A DNA stretch of 64,000 nucleotides from Squalus acanthias (Eukaryota). The stretch is taken from positions 67,456,001-67,520,000 of the forward strand of contig CM059430.1 of the NCBI GenBank assembly GCA_030390025.1, given 5' to 3'. The notes beneath the pieces were generated by a model. That model searched no databases, was not told where the DNA came from, and worked only from the letters and a program-made list of their open reading frames with translations. The position numbers were made by a program, and so were the translations under genes. Positions 25,854 to 39,037 of the stretch are shown here, one piece after another (position 1 is the stretch's first letter; each line of letters starts with the position of its first letter).

Positions 25854-27246
25854 TGGTAAGACGATTTCTTATTACAGTCCATGTGGTAGAATTGTCGCGG
25901 TTCACCCGATTTCCCGTCGTTAATTTGTCCGAAACCCTGGAGATACGCCGTAGATGATTCAAGTACATGATTCTTTCAACGCGGAATTCCCTACCCTATA
26001 TTTATTGGTTTTTATATTAGATTGGTGGCATTCACAGATAAATCACGGGACTACAGCTTGCATACTGCAAATTATGTATTGTCAGATCAGCTGATGATCA
26101 ATGACTACAATAATTGTCATATTTTAAAATATCAGTCACCTGTGGAATATTCTACACATGTATACTATTGATAAACGGTGCATTGGATCTATTACAGTAA
26201 AATCTTAGTAGTTCAGTTCGTAATTTCTATCCCGAGCCTTATATTTTGAGACACTGCTGCCCTTTCATTCTTTACCGCAGTTTGTCAATGAGATACTTAT
26301 TATTGCGATGGTTTTGCACCTGATATCAAACAGAGCCATTCCCGCAGATAGAATTGGAAGGGTTGATTACCTTCCTTTTAAAGTGGTGTTGTATTCAACA
26401 AGCCTTGCAGATTGTTTACAGCAAGTCGTTCAAGTGGAAGGTTCTATTCTAAACTTGAAAATATGCATGGCAAATTCACCGAATCTTTAAAGACGGGATT
26501 TCATGTTATTTGTAAAATATTTTACATTGTATTATAGCAAAATAGATATAGGTTATCCTTATTAAATAATGTGAGGAAGAAAGTGGAAATGATATGAGGA
26601 GATGTTCATTTAGTCTAATTCGTTCTCTGTTTCTAAAATAGCAGGAAATCAATTTTAATATAATAATCCATGGTTACTCTTTACAAGAGGCTTGAACAGT
26701 TTAATGTAGCCCCAAAATGACAAATCCGCACAATGGTTTAATCTGGAAAATCAATGAATGGGGGAGGGGATTTACTCTGTAATGTATGTTGCGAAGTTGT
26801 AAACGAATTTATGCCAAAGGCACAGAACAATTCTCTCTCGCTCCAGTGTTTTCACAGCTCTTAGTGCAATTCAGCAATTGAAATCCTGCAGAATAATGTG
26901 TTCGTCGTGTGTAGATATGGTTTAGAGGCATTTAAAGTTTATTGATGTCCGATTAATTCCAACAGCTTGTCAATATCCATATAATTAAAAGCTGTTTAGT
27001 GATAAAGCAGGTACGAACTATAGAGAAACTGATATTACACCCATGAAAAATCATAATTTACTCTAATTCTGGAACACATATTTATAATTAAATATAATTG
27101 CAACAACATATGTAACATAAATTAAGTGTGATTCATTGACAGAAAAAGTAAAAGTTATTTACTGAAACGTGTTATGTATAAAAAGACAAGAAAAGTAGCA
27201 GTGGGTGAAAATAACACAAATTCTAAGCCGTTTTTCTTTGTTGTAG

Positions 27247-27284
27247 ATCTTGTTGCAACATCTGAGACTTTATCTGACTTGTAA
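27247..27284 (+). other. Candidate terminal (cytoplasmic or 3' UTR) exon of the IgSF gene
   Basis: Strong acceptor tttttctttgttgtag; in phase 1 reads DLVATSETLSDL*. Confidence 0.35.
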
Positions 27285-27599
27285 AGCTGGAGATTCTATC
27301 GCCTTCAAGATAACAAATTGGAAGATTGAAATTCGTGCGTTGCCACCTGGGAAAAGATGCAGCTAATCTGAAAGCAGATTCTACGTGTAACATAAAATTT
27401 ACTAAAATATTGAAAAAAGTGAAGATACTTGTTAAAACAATTTGTCATATTTTGTGCACATTTCTTTCTTCCGTTTTTCTTATTGAGTTATTGATGTGGT
27501 TAATTTTCTTGTTTTTAAAAAATTTGTAAATCATTATATTTGTTTTTTTTCTTAAGTATGGAAACTATTATGTCAGCATTTCTGTTTATTTTCTGAAAG

Positions 27600-27906
27600 C
27601 CGCTGAAGTAACTTCGATCAATATGGATCAATTCCCGAAATACATTAAGGTTGCCAAGAGTACAAATGTTTCCATGTTCTGAACATGTCCCATATTTCAA
27701 GATGCCCCCGATGTTTATTGGCGGAGATGGGGCGAGGAGACTTTTCTGGAGCCAGACAAAAGAAAGCAATTTAATGTCAAAAAAGGAAAGTGGTTCATTT
27801 GATCTCCTGAATGCGAGTGTCGCCGACTCCGGAGTGTATTACTGTCAAGTAAAACATAATCAAAAATCTATTGGAGATGGAAGTGGCTCCCAGCTTGCTG
27901 TGTACG
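27600..27906 (+). pseudogene. Paralogous VJ-type V exon, pseudogene
   Basis: Acceptor ttttctgaaag, donor G|GTAAAT; AAEVTSINMDQFP...VSMF*TCPIFQD...VYWRRWGEETFL...KKG/SGSFDLLN..ADSGVYYCQVKH...GDGSGSQLAVY; TGA at 27680-27682 replaces the B-strand Cys; +1 frameshift near 27787. Confidence 0.9.
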
Positions 27907-27974
27907 GTAAATGTCATTGTGACGGGGAGTGGGAGATTCTCAGCAGTGTGCGATATATGTAAAACTCAATAGTG

Positions 27975-28130
27975 GGGGTAATTTGAACTTTTATCACTTG
28001 ACGAAAACCAGGTGATAGCAAATTCGTTTTACACTTTTCCCGATTTGCTTTTCCATTGACTCCGGTGTACAACGGCCTGCCGATTCACTGGCGCACGGTT
28101 TGCACTACTGCCCCAGCTCAATTTCACCCC
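27975..28130. mobile_element. Short palindromic MITE
   Basis: TIRs GGGGTAATTTGA and TCAATTTCACCCC; centre ttccattgac. Confidence 0.65.
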
Positions 28131-29119
28131 TTCATTGTCCGCATGACATTCCAAAGTGCTTTGCAGCCAATTAGTTCTTTTGGAAGTGCAGTTAAAATTA
28201 TTAAGGATGCAAGATACTGAAATATTATAAATGTTTAAATCTTGGTTTGAAATTAATTGTTTTTCACACGAAGCTCTATTTGGTGCGTTTTGTGGAGATA
28301 GGGTGTACATTCGTGTTTACGTGTAGTTCGCTGAGTGAAACTGATATGGATGGCCGTCTTAGATATTGCACAACTTATTGTAATGAAAACGAGTATTATT
28401 CTAGCTGAATATATTTTTTCGGAATTATGTTTACCTTATTCCTTTGCGTGGCAAAAGTTAATATTAATTGGTTGCGTTTTATTGTGCTTGATATATGTAA
28501 TATTATTATTCCTTGAACCGTTTCAACGGCAAATAATTGTTAAAGTAAACTTATGCATTGTGTTCATCATCCTGACTTTTATTCGAAGAAAGAAATCTTG
28601 CATGATATTATATGACGATTATAACATCTTAAATCGCGGAATTACTTACCTACTCTGGTCTACGCAACGTAGTTTAAACTAGCCGAGGTTACAGCTTACA
28701 CAACTCGCTGCTTTCCATTATACCCATTTTCTGAAGTTTTGGATCCTGGTGTTTTCTTGGTTAAATTGTTTCAATAGTGGAGCTTAATTAAAATTGAAAG
28801 TTAAGAATTAAAGAAGGTAATGTGGAGGGTCCCGCGGGGGAGCGACTAGATATCCCGTTCTGAGATTTGAAACATTTAAAGCACATTGCAATGTATTGTT
28901 GATGATGGATGTGATGGGTTTGGATATAATATTGAATAAAACTTTAAAGACCCTCTTGCCGATGTCAACGGGTTTTAACTTAGCTCGCGGTTAGTAAAAT
29001 GCTTCGCATTAACAACAAATAAAATAAACCGATTTTATAACATGAACCAAGAGTGTGCCAGTTTTGCCAGCTCCTTGTAGCTCTCAGAAAAGATTGTGCC
29101 CTGATCAATGAATGGAATT

Positions 29120-29800
29120 AAATTCGAAGGAGACTGCGGCTGTGTTGTGACCTGTTATTGTAATGTCTGCACTCAAGCTAACAGCACACATCTGGAGTCC
29201 TACGTTTGGTGAAGTAAAATTCTGGACTTGAGATCTTATCCGTATTTGTTAGGACTGAAATGGCCCTTGTCTCAACGAAATGGATCTGCAACAAAGTAAA
29301 TATCTTCTGCAGCTTGATGAACAATCTCGTCCTAAGATTTCTCATCCATATGAGCAGGCATTGGATGAGACTGGTTGGCTGTCCCACGTATTGTGCGGTC
29401 CTCAGAAAGAGCAAAATTATCAGAGTCCATTCCTCCATGCCACCAGTCCTGGGCTATCGTCCCACATGGTAAATCTATGTAGAAAAACAGCTTTAATGTG
29501 AGATGATTCTCTATATCCGAGCCATAATCATTTGCAGGCTGGAAGAGACGGCATACTCCAACATGTCACCGGGGCCTGCTAATGCATCTGTTGGACCATC
29601 CATGGATGAAGCACAGATTAACCTGAGGGTCTCTGTCCATGGAGACGCCACTGCCAATCTCCTTGGAAAAGACCTGTGTTCCGAGGTATGCTGAAGTCCT
29701 GTAAAGCCATGTGTCACGGTTCACATCCTGCAGATAGTGCAATCCTCTAATGTAGCTGGAATCGGCAGCACACTGAAACGTTGCCCAAATGTTACACATA
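29120..29800 (-). mobile_element. Possible very old Harbinger transposase relic
   Basis: Weak remnants (VETRAISVL, TPDVCC, downstream cacaac) in roughly the expected order. Confidence 0.3.
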
Positions 29801-30099
29801 CACTTGATTTTGCATAAGCCTCATTCCTTTAAAGCAGGTACTTTGTAAAAAAAAATATCTCGCGCTCTCAAAATGAAGGGCAATGTTTCCTGAGCCGCCA
29901 CTTAACTTTTACCTTCACATTTTCATTGCCGGGTACTCCTTTTGGAAAGGCTATTACGGAATTATAATAGACGTGAGCACAGAACTCCACTCGCAATGGT
30001 TTGTGCAAGGAACCTCCAGGACCAATAAAGAGGATAGATATGGACTGTTAGTTACTGAAGATTAATTGGTTCAGAGTGGTAATTTTGAGGAAAGGGTGA

Positions 30100-31800
30100 T
30101 GGCAACAATTTGGAAGTTGGGGAAATAATATCTGCAATAACCGATCCATTAACAATATCGGAGAGCAGTAAGGAAAAGAACGTCAATTGTCCATTGGTTA
30201 GTGCGAGAAAATGGAACTCATGGAGGAGATAAGAATAATCGCTGGGAGAGATGAGAGAAGGGGTACAGAGTGCCAAGCGGTCAGATAGAAATAACATCGG
30301 GATTGGAGAAGTCTACGGATAGGTCTACATGCTTGTAACACTTGTGCTGACATAGGGAGTAGGGTGTCAGGGGTAGTACAGAATGAACTTTTGAGCAAGG
30401 CAACAGAGGCAGCAGTGTCATACAGCATAAAGGGCCAGGAGAGAGGGGATTTGGAATAAAAAAGCGTTTTTCCCGAGAAGAGGAAGAATTTTGTCCCAGG
30501 TCGGTAAGGGTAATGCGATTGGGTGTAGGAGGGCGATGTTGATAGTGATGGGGATGAAAAAGTGATCCACATTGTATATCACATCCTCTGGCAAAGAAAA
30601 TTTGCCGTATCAATAGGTCGAGGAGCTCAATAGATCAGATTGGGCAAGTTGATATGCAGCATCGGGATGAATCATAGAATCATGCAACACAGAAGGCATC
30701 CATTGGACCGTTGTGCCTGAGTCAGCTCTTTAAAAGCGCAATCCAATTTACTCCCACGCTCCAGCTATTTGCCCATAAGCCTGCAAACCAGTCCTCTTCT
30801 CCATCAAAGCCCGACATAATTTTGAATACTTCTACTACATCTCCACTTAACCTTCTCTGCTCCAAGGAGAACAATCGCAGCTTCTCCAGTCTATCTGCAT
30901 AACTTAAGTCCCTCCCCCATTGTACCATTCTAGTAAATCTCCTCTGCATCCTATCTAAGACCTCTATGTACCCATATGCATTTGTACCACATTATCAACT
31001 TATGCTGCCACCTTCAAAGATTTGTGAATATGTACCCCAAGGTCTCTCTGCTCTTGCACCGTCCTCAAAATAGTACAATTTAGACTATACTACTTCTCCA
31101 AGTTGTCCCTCCCAAAGTGCATTGAGCGAGGACAGTAGGACAGACGGATCAGAGGAGGACAAAGACGTGAAATTCGACAATTGTTCAATTCAACACAGAA
31201 TAAGTCTTTCTCAGTGTAACTGCAAAAGGAGGAGAAAAGTAAGTGACCATGGGAAAAATCATCACGGAGCGGCAGATGGCGATAGACAATGAGGACATTA
31301 AAAAAAAGGTGACAAAGTAGAAAAGGTACTTTATTGAACAGGAAAACTGAAGCAAGAATAAGGGAAAGATTAACACAGCATGTGATGACCGGTACTGCTT
31401 CGGGCAGGAGCATTGTGGAACACGTAGTCAGGTGAGGTGGCTTTGATGAATTGAATGATTTCACGGCCAGTTACCCAGATTCTAAGCAGGTTGAACATGT
31501 TAACAGCTTCACTCGAGTTGGGGTCACGGACTGGATCGGCCTTGTGCACATGTAAATGGAAATTTCGGAGGGTGGTATGTTCAGTGAAGATTCGCGCGTT
31601 AGTATCGTCAAATGGGACAGTGGTAGTGGCAAAATAATCCCTAGGGAATCAATTTCGGGAATCTTTAACGGGAGTGAGGAGTTGGGAGGAGCCAGCGACG
31701 TATGTTGTGTTCGACACAGTACAATGCACCTAACACAGAGCAGAGGGCAGCTGTGGGCCCGCCAGGAGAGGATCGAACCAGGAATGAGGGCAGGAGATCA
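30100..31800 (-). mobile_element. Old L2 ORF2 endonuclease region, interrupted by CR1
   Basis: Minus strand IKATSPDYVFHNAPARSSTG resembles the L2 APE segment; C/T-rich coding strand; boundaries approximate. Confidence 0.5.
30670..31125 (-). mobile_element. CR1 3' fragment
   Basis: MQRRFTRMV...LSYADRLEKLRLFSLEQRRLSGD. Confidence 0.85.
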
Positions 31801-32779
31801 CGTTGGACATAAGTGTGCGTAAGGAAATGTAGAGCGTCACTTCACCAAAGACCCATATGTGGTGAATGTGAGTAATACGGGCAAGTCTCGAGCAGATGAG
31901 AGATTTAGAGGCTTCGGGGCAGTACAGAGAGGCTCCTCCCAGCGAGATTGGCGGGTGAGGGGAAAGTCTGATGCTGCAGGACCAGTTTCCACGCTAACTT
32001 ACAGGAAAAGTTATGAAACGAAGTCCTCTGTGGGGGTTTCCGAAATCGATCTAAGACTAAGAAAATAATTAGGTAGCCAACTGCTCAGGCCTGGCTTAAT
32101 TTTCCTGTCCAGGTACGATATAACTGCTTCAGACAGAGGTTGGAGATTATGCGGAACAGTCTAATCACAGAGGTAGTGGTAGATATTATCAATTTTAACT
32201 CCGTGTTGGGTAATTTTTTTAGGCGACAGCTCAATTGAATATTGCGCAAAATGAGGGATATAGCCTTTGGAACTTGCCTATGAAGGGGAATGGTATATTC
32301 TTCTCCTGCAAAATTATGTTCATATATGTAAGGAACTTAAGTAGATTACATGAGACGTCATCAGTAACCATCTTTTCTGCAGCTTTTGCAGAATGATAAC
32401 TCAGAATTTCCTAGAATTTTATAGAATTACGTAGAATGTACAGCACAGAAAGATAAAATTCGATCCATGCTGGTGTTTATGCTACATACGAGCCTCCTCC
32501 CAGCCCTTTCATCCAACCCTATCAAATACGATTAGCAAGTTATCTTCTTAATGGGAATGCTGCATTGTGCCTGCGTGGATTTGTATGGGTGCATTAAGTG
32601 GGTTACATAAGTAGGTCGCACGGTTTTTAACGAGTAAACATTGTTTACTGTAGCTTGTTCAGAATGATCAATTCATAAAATTTTCGAGCACTAAACGATG
32701 GCTTTCGGCCCAACTCCTGGTGGCGGCTCTCTGAAAGACCTGTCCTCTTAGGGCGATTTCCCTCCGCTTTAGTGGGTTC

Positions 32780-34990
32780 CATAAGAACATAAGCAATACG
32801 AGCAGGAGTAGGCCATTTGGACCTTCGAAGCTGCTCCGACAATCAATAAGATCATGGCTGATGTTCTACTTCATCTGCACTTTCCTGCATTATCCCCATA
32901 TCCCTTGATTCCCTTAATATTCAAAAATCTATCGATCTCTGTCTTGAATATACTAAACGACTGAGACTCCACAGCCTTATTAGGTTAAACATTCCAAATA
33001 TTCGCCACCCTCTGAGTGAATAAATTTCTCCTCATCTCAGTCCAAAATCCCCGACCCCTTATTCTGTGAAATGTGACTCCTGGTTTTAAAATCCCCAACC
33101 AGGGGAACCATCCTCCCTGCATCTACCCTGTCAAGTCATGTAAGAATTTTGTATGTTTCAATTAGAACACCTCTCATTCTTCTAAACTCTAGAGAATATA
33201 GGCTTAGTCTACTCAATCTTTCCTCATATGACAATCCCTCCATCCCAGGAATCAGTTTGGTGAACCTTCGTTGCACTCCCTCTGTGTCAAGTATAACCTT
33301 TCGTAGGTAAGGAGAACAGAACTGTACACAGTACTCTAGGTGTGGTCTCACCAGGGCCCTATATAGTTGCAGAAAGACGTATTTACTCTTATACTCAAAT
33401 CCTCTTGTAGTAATGGCGAACATACCATTTGCTTTTCTAATTGCTTGCTGTACCTGCATGTTAACTTTCAATGATTCGTGTACAAGGACACCCAGGTCCC
33501 TCTGACCACCAACATTTCCCAATCTCTCACCATTTAAAACTTTGCTTTTCTATTTTTCCTACTAAGGTGGATAACTTCACATTTCTCGACATTATATTCA
33601 ATTTGCCATGTTACTGCCCACCTGCTTAGCATGTCTATATCCGCTTGAAGCTTCCTTGCATCCTCCTCACTACATACATTCCCACCCAGCTTTGTATCAA
33701 CAACAAACTTGGATATATTACATTTGGTCCCCTCATCCAAATTATTGATGTAGATTGTGATTAGCTGAGGATTTAGCACTGATCCTTGGGGTACCCCACT
33801 AGTTACAGCCTGCCAACCCGAAAGCAACCCGTTTATTAGTACACTCTGTTTTCTGTCCGTTAACCAATATTCAAACCCATGAGCCATAATTTTGCTTAAT
33901 AACCTCTTGTATGGCACCTTATCAAATGCTTTCTCAAAATCCAAATGCGCCACATCTACTGTTTCTCCCTTATCTATTCTGATAGTTACAACCTCAAAAA
34001 CTCTAACAGATTTGTCCAACACGATTTCCCTTTCAAAAATCCGTGTTGACTCTGCCTAATCCAATTATTATTTTCTAAGTGCCCTGTTACCATGTCCTTA
34101 ATAATTGATTCGAGCATTTTCCCTGCGACTGATGTCAGGCTAACTGGTCTGTAGCTCCCCGTTTTCTCTCTCCCTCCATTCTTAAAGAGTGGGGTTATAT
34201 TTCCCAGCTTCCAATCTTCGGGAAACATTCTGGAATCTATGGAATTTTGGAAAATGACAACCAACGCATCTACTATCTCTACAGCCACCTCTTTCAAAAC
34301 CCTAGGATGTAGGCCATCTGGTCTACGGGATTTATTGACTTTCAGTCCCATTAATTTCTCCAGTACTACTTCTTTACCAATGCAAATAACTTTCAGTTCC
34401 TCATTCGCGCTAGAGTCTGGGTTCTCCTCTATTTCTGGAAGTTTTTTGGGTCATCTCCCTTGAAGCCAGACAAAAAGTATTGGTTTAATTTATCTGCCAT
34501 ATCCTTATTCCCCATTATAGTACCCCCGGTCCCTGCCTGGAATGCACCCACATTCACTTTTGCTAATCCTTTCCTTTTTCCATACCTATGGAAGTTTTTA
34601 CAGACTGTTTTTATGTCTCTCGCTAGTTTACTCTCATATTCAATTTCCTGATTTATAATCGGCCCTACATTACAACTAATATTTGGAGGCCTATAAAGAA
34701 TTCCCATCAATGCATTCTGCCCCTTGCTGTTTCTTAGCTCTACCCAAACTGATTCTACTTCTTGATTTTCGGAGCTAAGATCCTTTCTCAATACTGTCTT
34801 TATCCCATCCTTTATTGACAGGACTACAGGTCCTCATTTTCTATTTTGCCTATCTCTTCTAAAAGTTAAGTATCCTGGAATATTTAGTTCCCACGCACTA
34901 TTAATTCATTAATTTTGTTGCGAATGCTTCGAGCATTTCAGATATAGTGCCTTTAGCTTTGAATTATTTATTTTTCCTGATGTCACCTTA
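32780..34990 (-). mobile_element. CR1 ORF2 (endonuclease to RT) plus 3' UTR, frameshifted
   Basis: [58 protein letters not shown]. Confidence 0.93.
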
Positions 34991-35424
34991 GTCACTGATG
35001 CCGTATTACGTTTGTTACTCTCTTTGTCCCTACCTGACCCACTCTGCTTATTTTTAGCCAAAATTCTACTCTACCCTCGAGCCTTGACATCACTCTCGCT
35101 GCTTTTAAATTTACTCTTTCCTAAATCCTCCCACCCCACCCAATCTTCATCATGCATCATGAATCCTATTATATTTATCCACATTTATGAGTTGAATGTT
35201 TCATCTATTAAGTTGTCTTCGAAGTTAACCTATTTGAATTTCATTTTTTACATAACCCAGCTGGTTGATAGATGTTTACTTATCAAGCTGTGGCACTGGT
35301 ATATGTCTTGGCGCCAAGTTATTTGTTCCAGTCACTTACATTGACCAATAGAGACAAGTTATTCAAAAGTATGTTCAAAAACTCTATTAGAGAGGATAGG
35401 TGCGTTTGTAGAATCATAGAATTT

Positions 35425-36415
35425 TACGGGAGTTCCTCAGGGAAGTGTCCTAGGCTCAACCACTTTAGTTGCTTCATCAATGACCGTCTCTCCATTATAA
35501 GGTCAGATGTTGGGATGTCCGCTGATGAATGCACAGTGCTCAGTTCGATTCGCAACATCACTGAAAATGAAGCAGTCCATGCCCGCATGCAGCAAGGCCT
35601 GGATGACATTCAAAATGTGACTGATAAGTGGCAGGTAAAATTTGCGCCACACAAATGCCAGGCAATGAATATCTCCAACAAGCGACTTTCTAACCACGGC
35701 CCCTTTACATGTAACAGAATAACTAGCGCCGTATACCCCAGCATCAAATGCCTCGTGTCACCATTGTCCAGAATCTTTACTGGACCAGCCATATAAATAC
35801 TGTGGCTACAAGAGCACGTCAGATGCTTGGTATTCTGCTGCGAGTGTCTCACCTCCTGAATCCCCAAAACCTTTCCACCATCTACAAGGCACAGGTCGGG
35901 ATTGTGATGGAATATTTTTCACTTGCCTGGATGAGTGTAGCTCCAACAGCACTCAAGAAGGTCGATACCATCGAAGAAAAAGCAGCCCGCTGCATTGGCA
36001 CCCCATGCACCACCTTAAACATTCACTTCCACCACCACCAGCGCAACGTGACTGCAGTGCATAACATCTACAAGATGCACTGCAGCAACTCGCGAAGGCT
36101 TCTTCAACAGCACCTCCCAAACCTGCAACCTCTACCACCAAGAAGGACAATGGCACCAGATGCATTGAATTTGCATCACATCCAAGTTCTCATCCAAGTC
36201 GCGCACCATACTGACTTGGAAATATATTGCCGTTCCTTCATCGTCGCTGGGTCAAAATTCTGGAAATCCCTCCCTAACAGCACTATGGGAATACATTCAC
36301 CACAGGGCTGCAGCTGTTCAAGAAGCCGGCTCACTATCGTCTTCTTAAGGGCAATTAGAGAATGGCAATAAATGCTGGCCTTGCCAGAGACGCTCACATC
36401 CCAGCAACGAAAAGA
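35425..36415 (+). mobile_element. LINE family B, 3' end
   Basis: KWQVKFAPHKCQAM, IYKAQV...MEY..LAWM; same tail as 3378-3450. Confidence 0.9.
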
Positions 36416-36419
36416 ATTA

Positions 36420-36955
36420 CAGAGAAAGATGCCATTCACCCCGTCCTGCCTGTGCTAGTGCTTTGAAAGTGCTGTCCTATTTAATTCTAAAGTCCAGCTT
36501 TTTCGCCTTCACTATTCAAGTACATGTAGTTGTGAAAGTTTATATGGAATCTGATTCTACCACACTTCCAGGTAGTGCGTTCCAAATCCTAACAGCCCTC
36601 CGCGTGAAGAAATTTCTTCTAATTTCCCCACTAGTTATTTTACCAATTATTTAAAATCTATGACCTCTGTTAACAGACACACTTGCTAGATCACATGTTC
36701 TCCCTACTTGCTCTATCAAAACCCCTCCTAATTTTGAGTAATTGTATTAGCATTCTCTGCTGTAAGGAGAACAATCCCAGATTCACCAATCTGTCCATGT
36801 AACAGAACTCCCTCATCCCTGGTAAAACCCTGGTAAAACTCCTCACTACCGTCCCAGGGCATTGACATCCGTCCTATAGTGTGCTATCCAGACTTGAGCA
36901 CAATACTCCAGCTGAGGCTAACCAGAGATTTGAAAGGTTTAGCAGGACGTCCTTG
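36420..36955 (-). mobile_element. CR1 3' fragment
   Basis: gtgaagaaatttcttctaat, gagaacaatcccag, caatactccagctgaggc. Confidence 0.75.
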
Positions 36956-38129
36956 TACAACGGCAATGAATTTATATCTTATAATGAAATTTTGCGATTT
37001 CGTTCAGTCAGGGCAATTCTTCTCACACAATGTAAGGACCCTCGATGGGTGAAGTAAAGATCAGGTTCGAGAGGCAGAATTCAGAAAGTACAAGATAAGT
37101 ACAAAGGTATTTTGCTTCCCACTCACGAAATTGTTTCAAATCAGCCTCTTTTCAATTAGGGTCAAAAAGAGTAAAATGAAAATGGCTGTTGCAGTAATCT
37201 GAATTTCCTTTGATCGGTTATCTCTGAATCTAATTCAGTTCAAAAGTTACTATCGCTACAGAACGATGATAGCTAATAATATTTGAACGGAATAAGATGG
37301 TCACTAGAAAAATAGTAACTTTAAAAAAAATTAGTTAATTTCAATCAGATTTACATGGCATTAGGCTATACGTCGAATGGTATATTCGTTTCGTTTGTGT
37401 TTAATTTAAACCAATTTTAACCCTTTCTGCCATATTACTTTGCTGGCAGCTCACATTGGCTTTGTACCTCCTTTAGTGCACTTTTCTAAGGAAATGCATG
37501 TTTCATTTACTGACAATAAATTGCCCTCTCGCAATTTTCGGAAATCAATCATTCTTAATTTCATTTTCACTCTTCCTCCCTGAAGTCAAAAATTGGAATC
37601 ATAATCATTTCCATGCACAATATTGTGGCCCCATCAGAAAGTTGCTCTCTGGCTTTATTTTCCATTTGGGAGGGACATCTGAAAACTTTTGCGTGAGCCT
37701 TAGAAATCTGTCCCTTGACCAATCAAGTAGTTATTTAATTAAGAATGTTACGTTATGATAATTAATTAGCGACAGCATAAACATTATCCTGAAACATTCT
37801 ATTGATCGGAATTTCCAGCAAAATCTTAAACAGCCAGAAAGTGATGAATTGACGAGTTCTTCTGAAGTGCAGGCCAGAGGAAGCTTTCAAGGAGACTTAC
37901 ATTATTCCGATACACACAACGTCTTGAGGTCTTCACCCAGCGAGTGAGAAGAATTGTCCTGGTTGAGCGAAATACAAAGATGTCTTTCTAAGACGTGATT
38001 ATATTGTACATAGCGACCAGAGGAATTCTTAGGCTACTATGATGCAAACAGAGATCACCAATCTATAGTAATTTGCCTTGTTTGAAGCATTACAAAAGCT
38101 GAGTCCAAGAAATTGAAAACAGTTAATTT

Positions 38130-38525
38130 ATTCAGCGTCTCTCATGACTTCAGGACGTTGCACAGCATTTTGCCGACAATGAATTAGTTTTGAAGTGTAA
38201 TCACTGCTCATATGTAGGGAATTGCCGTCAACCAAATGTGCACTGCAAAATCCCAACAAGAGAAACGACATAAATGACCGGATAAACTGTTTTCGTGGTG
38301 TTGGTTGCAGAATGAATGCTGACTAGGACGCCATGGAAGCTTTCTTGTTCTACTGAGAGGGCAGACACAGGGTGCTCGGTTGATATATCAGCCGAAAGGC
38401 GCATTTCGGTAAATACTGCACTGAAGCATTGATCTTGATTATGTGCTCAAGTCTCGGAGTCGGGCTGGAACCCATGGTATTCTCACTCTAATCCGATAAT
38501 AGTACCATTGGGTCGAACTGACACT
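38130..38525 (-). mobile_element. Deu-domain SINE, degenerate
   Basis: ctgagagggcagac...ctgcactga...gattatgtgctcaagtctc; homologous to 960-1275. Confidence 0.65.
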
Positions 38526-38831
38526 CGAAGAACTCAAGGCTGGTTAATGTAAGAAATAGACAATTCGCACTGATGCAATAGGGGGAGCTATATGGAACCT
38601 GGTCACAAAGTATATTCCAAGGCGGATAATGAAGTAGCTTTGCTTTGACAATCGCCCATGCTATACCTGATTGCTCGAAATGGACACGGAGTACGCAACA
38701 TAGAAAGGGTCCCTTTCCCCAACACTACCATTCTTCTGAACCATGATGTGGAGATGCCGGTGTTGGACTGGGGTGGACAAATGTGAGAAGTCGCACAACA
38801 CCAGATTATAGTCCAACAGCTTTATTTGAAA

Positions 38832-38868
38832 TCACAAGCTTTCGGAGCGCTGCTCCTTCGTCAGGTGA
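38832..38868 (-). ncRNA. Minimal type I hammerhead ribozyme motif in the Penelope terminal repeat
   Basis: Minus strand reads TCAC-CTGACGA-A-GGAGC AGC GCTCC-GAAA-GC-TT-GTGA: intact core, perfect stems I and II, palindromic AGCT stem III, CUU cleavage triplet. Confidence 0.82.
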
Positions 38869-39037
38869 AGTGAAGAGATGCATATAGTCACAGCATATAT
38901 AGTCAGAGAACACTGCCAGATTATTACAGTTAATCTTTCCAACTGCCCTTTATCACACATCGGCAGAGAGATAATCGCGGCAATCAAAGGTGTGGATGGT
39001 GTCCAAACTGGTCAGTCAGGAAAACAATTCATCAAAG

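Noticed and set aside
28335-28682. Hydrophobic 115-aa ORF
   Set aside because: AT-rich intron-like composition with no motifs or exon boundaries
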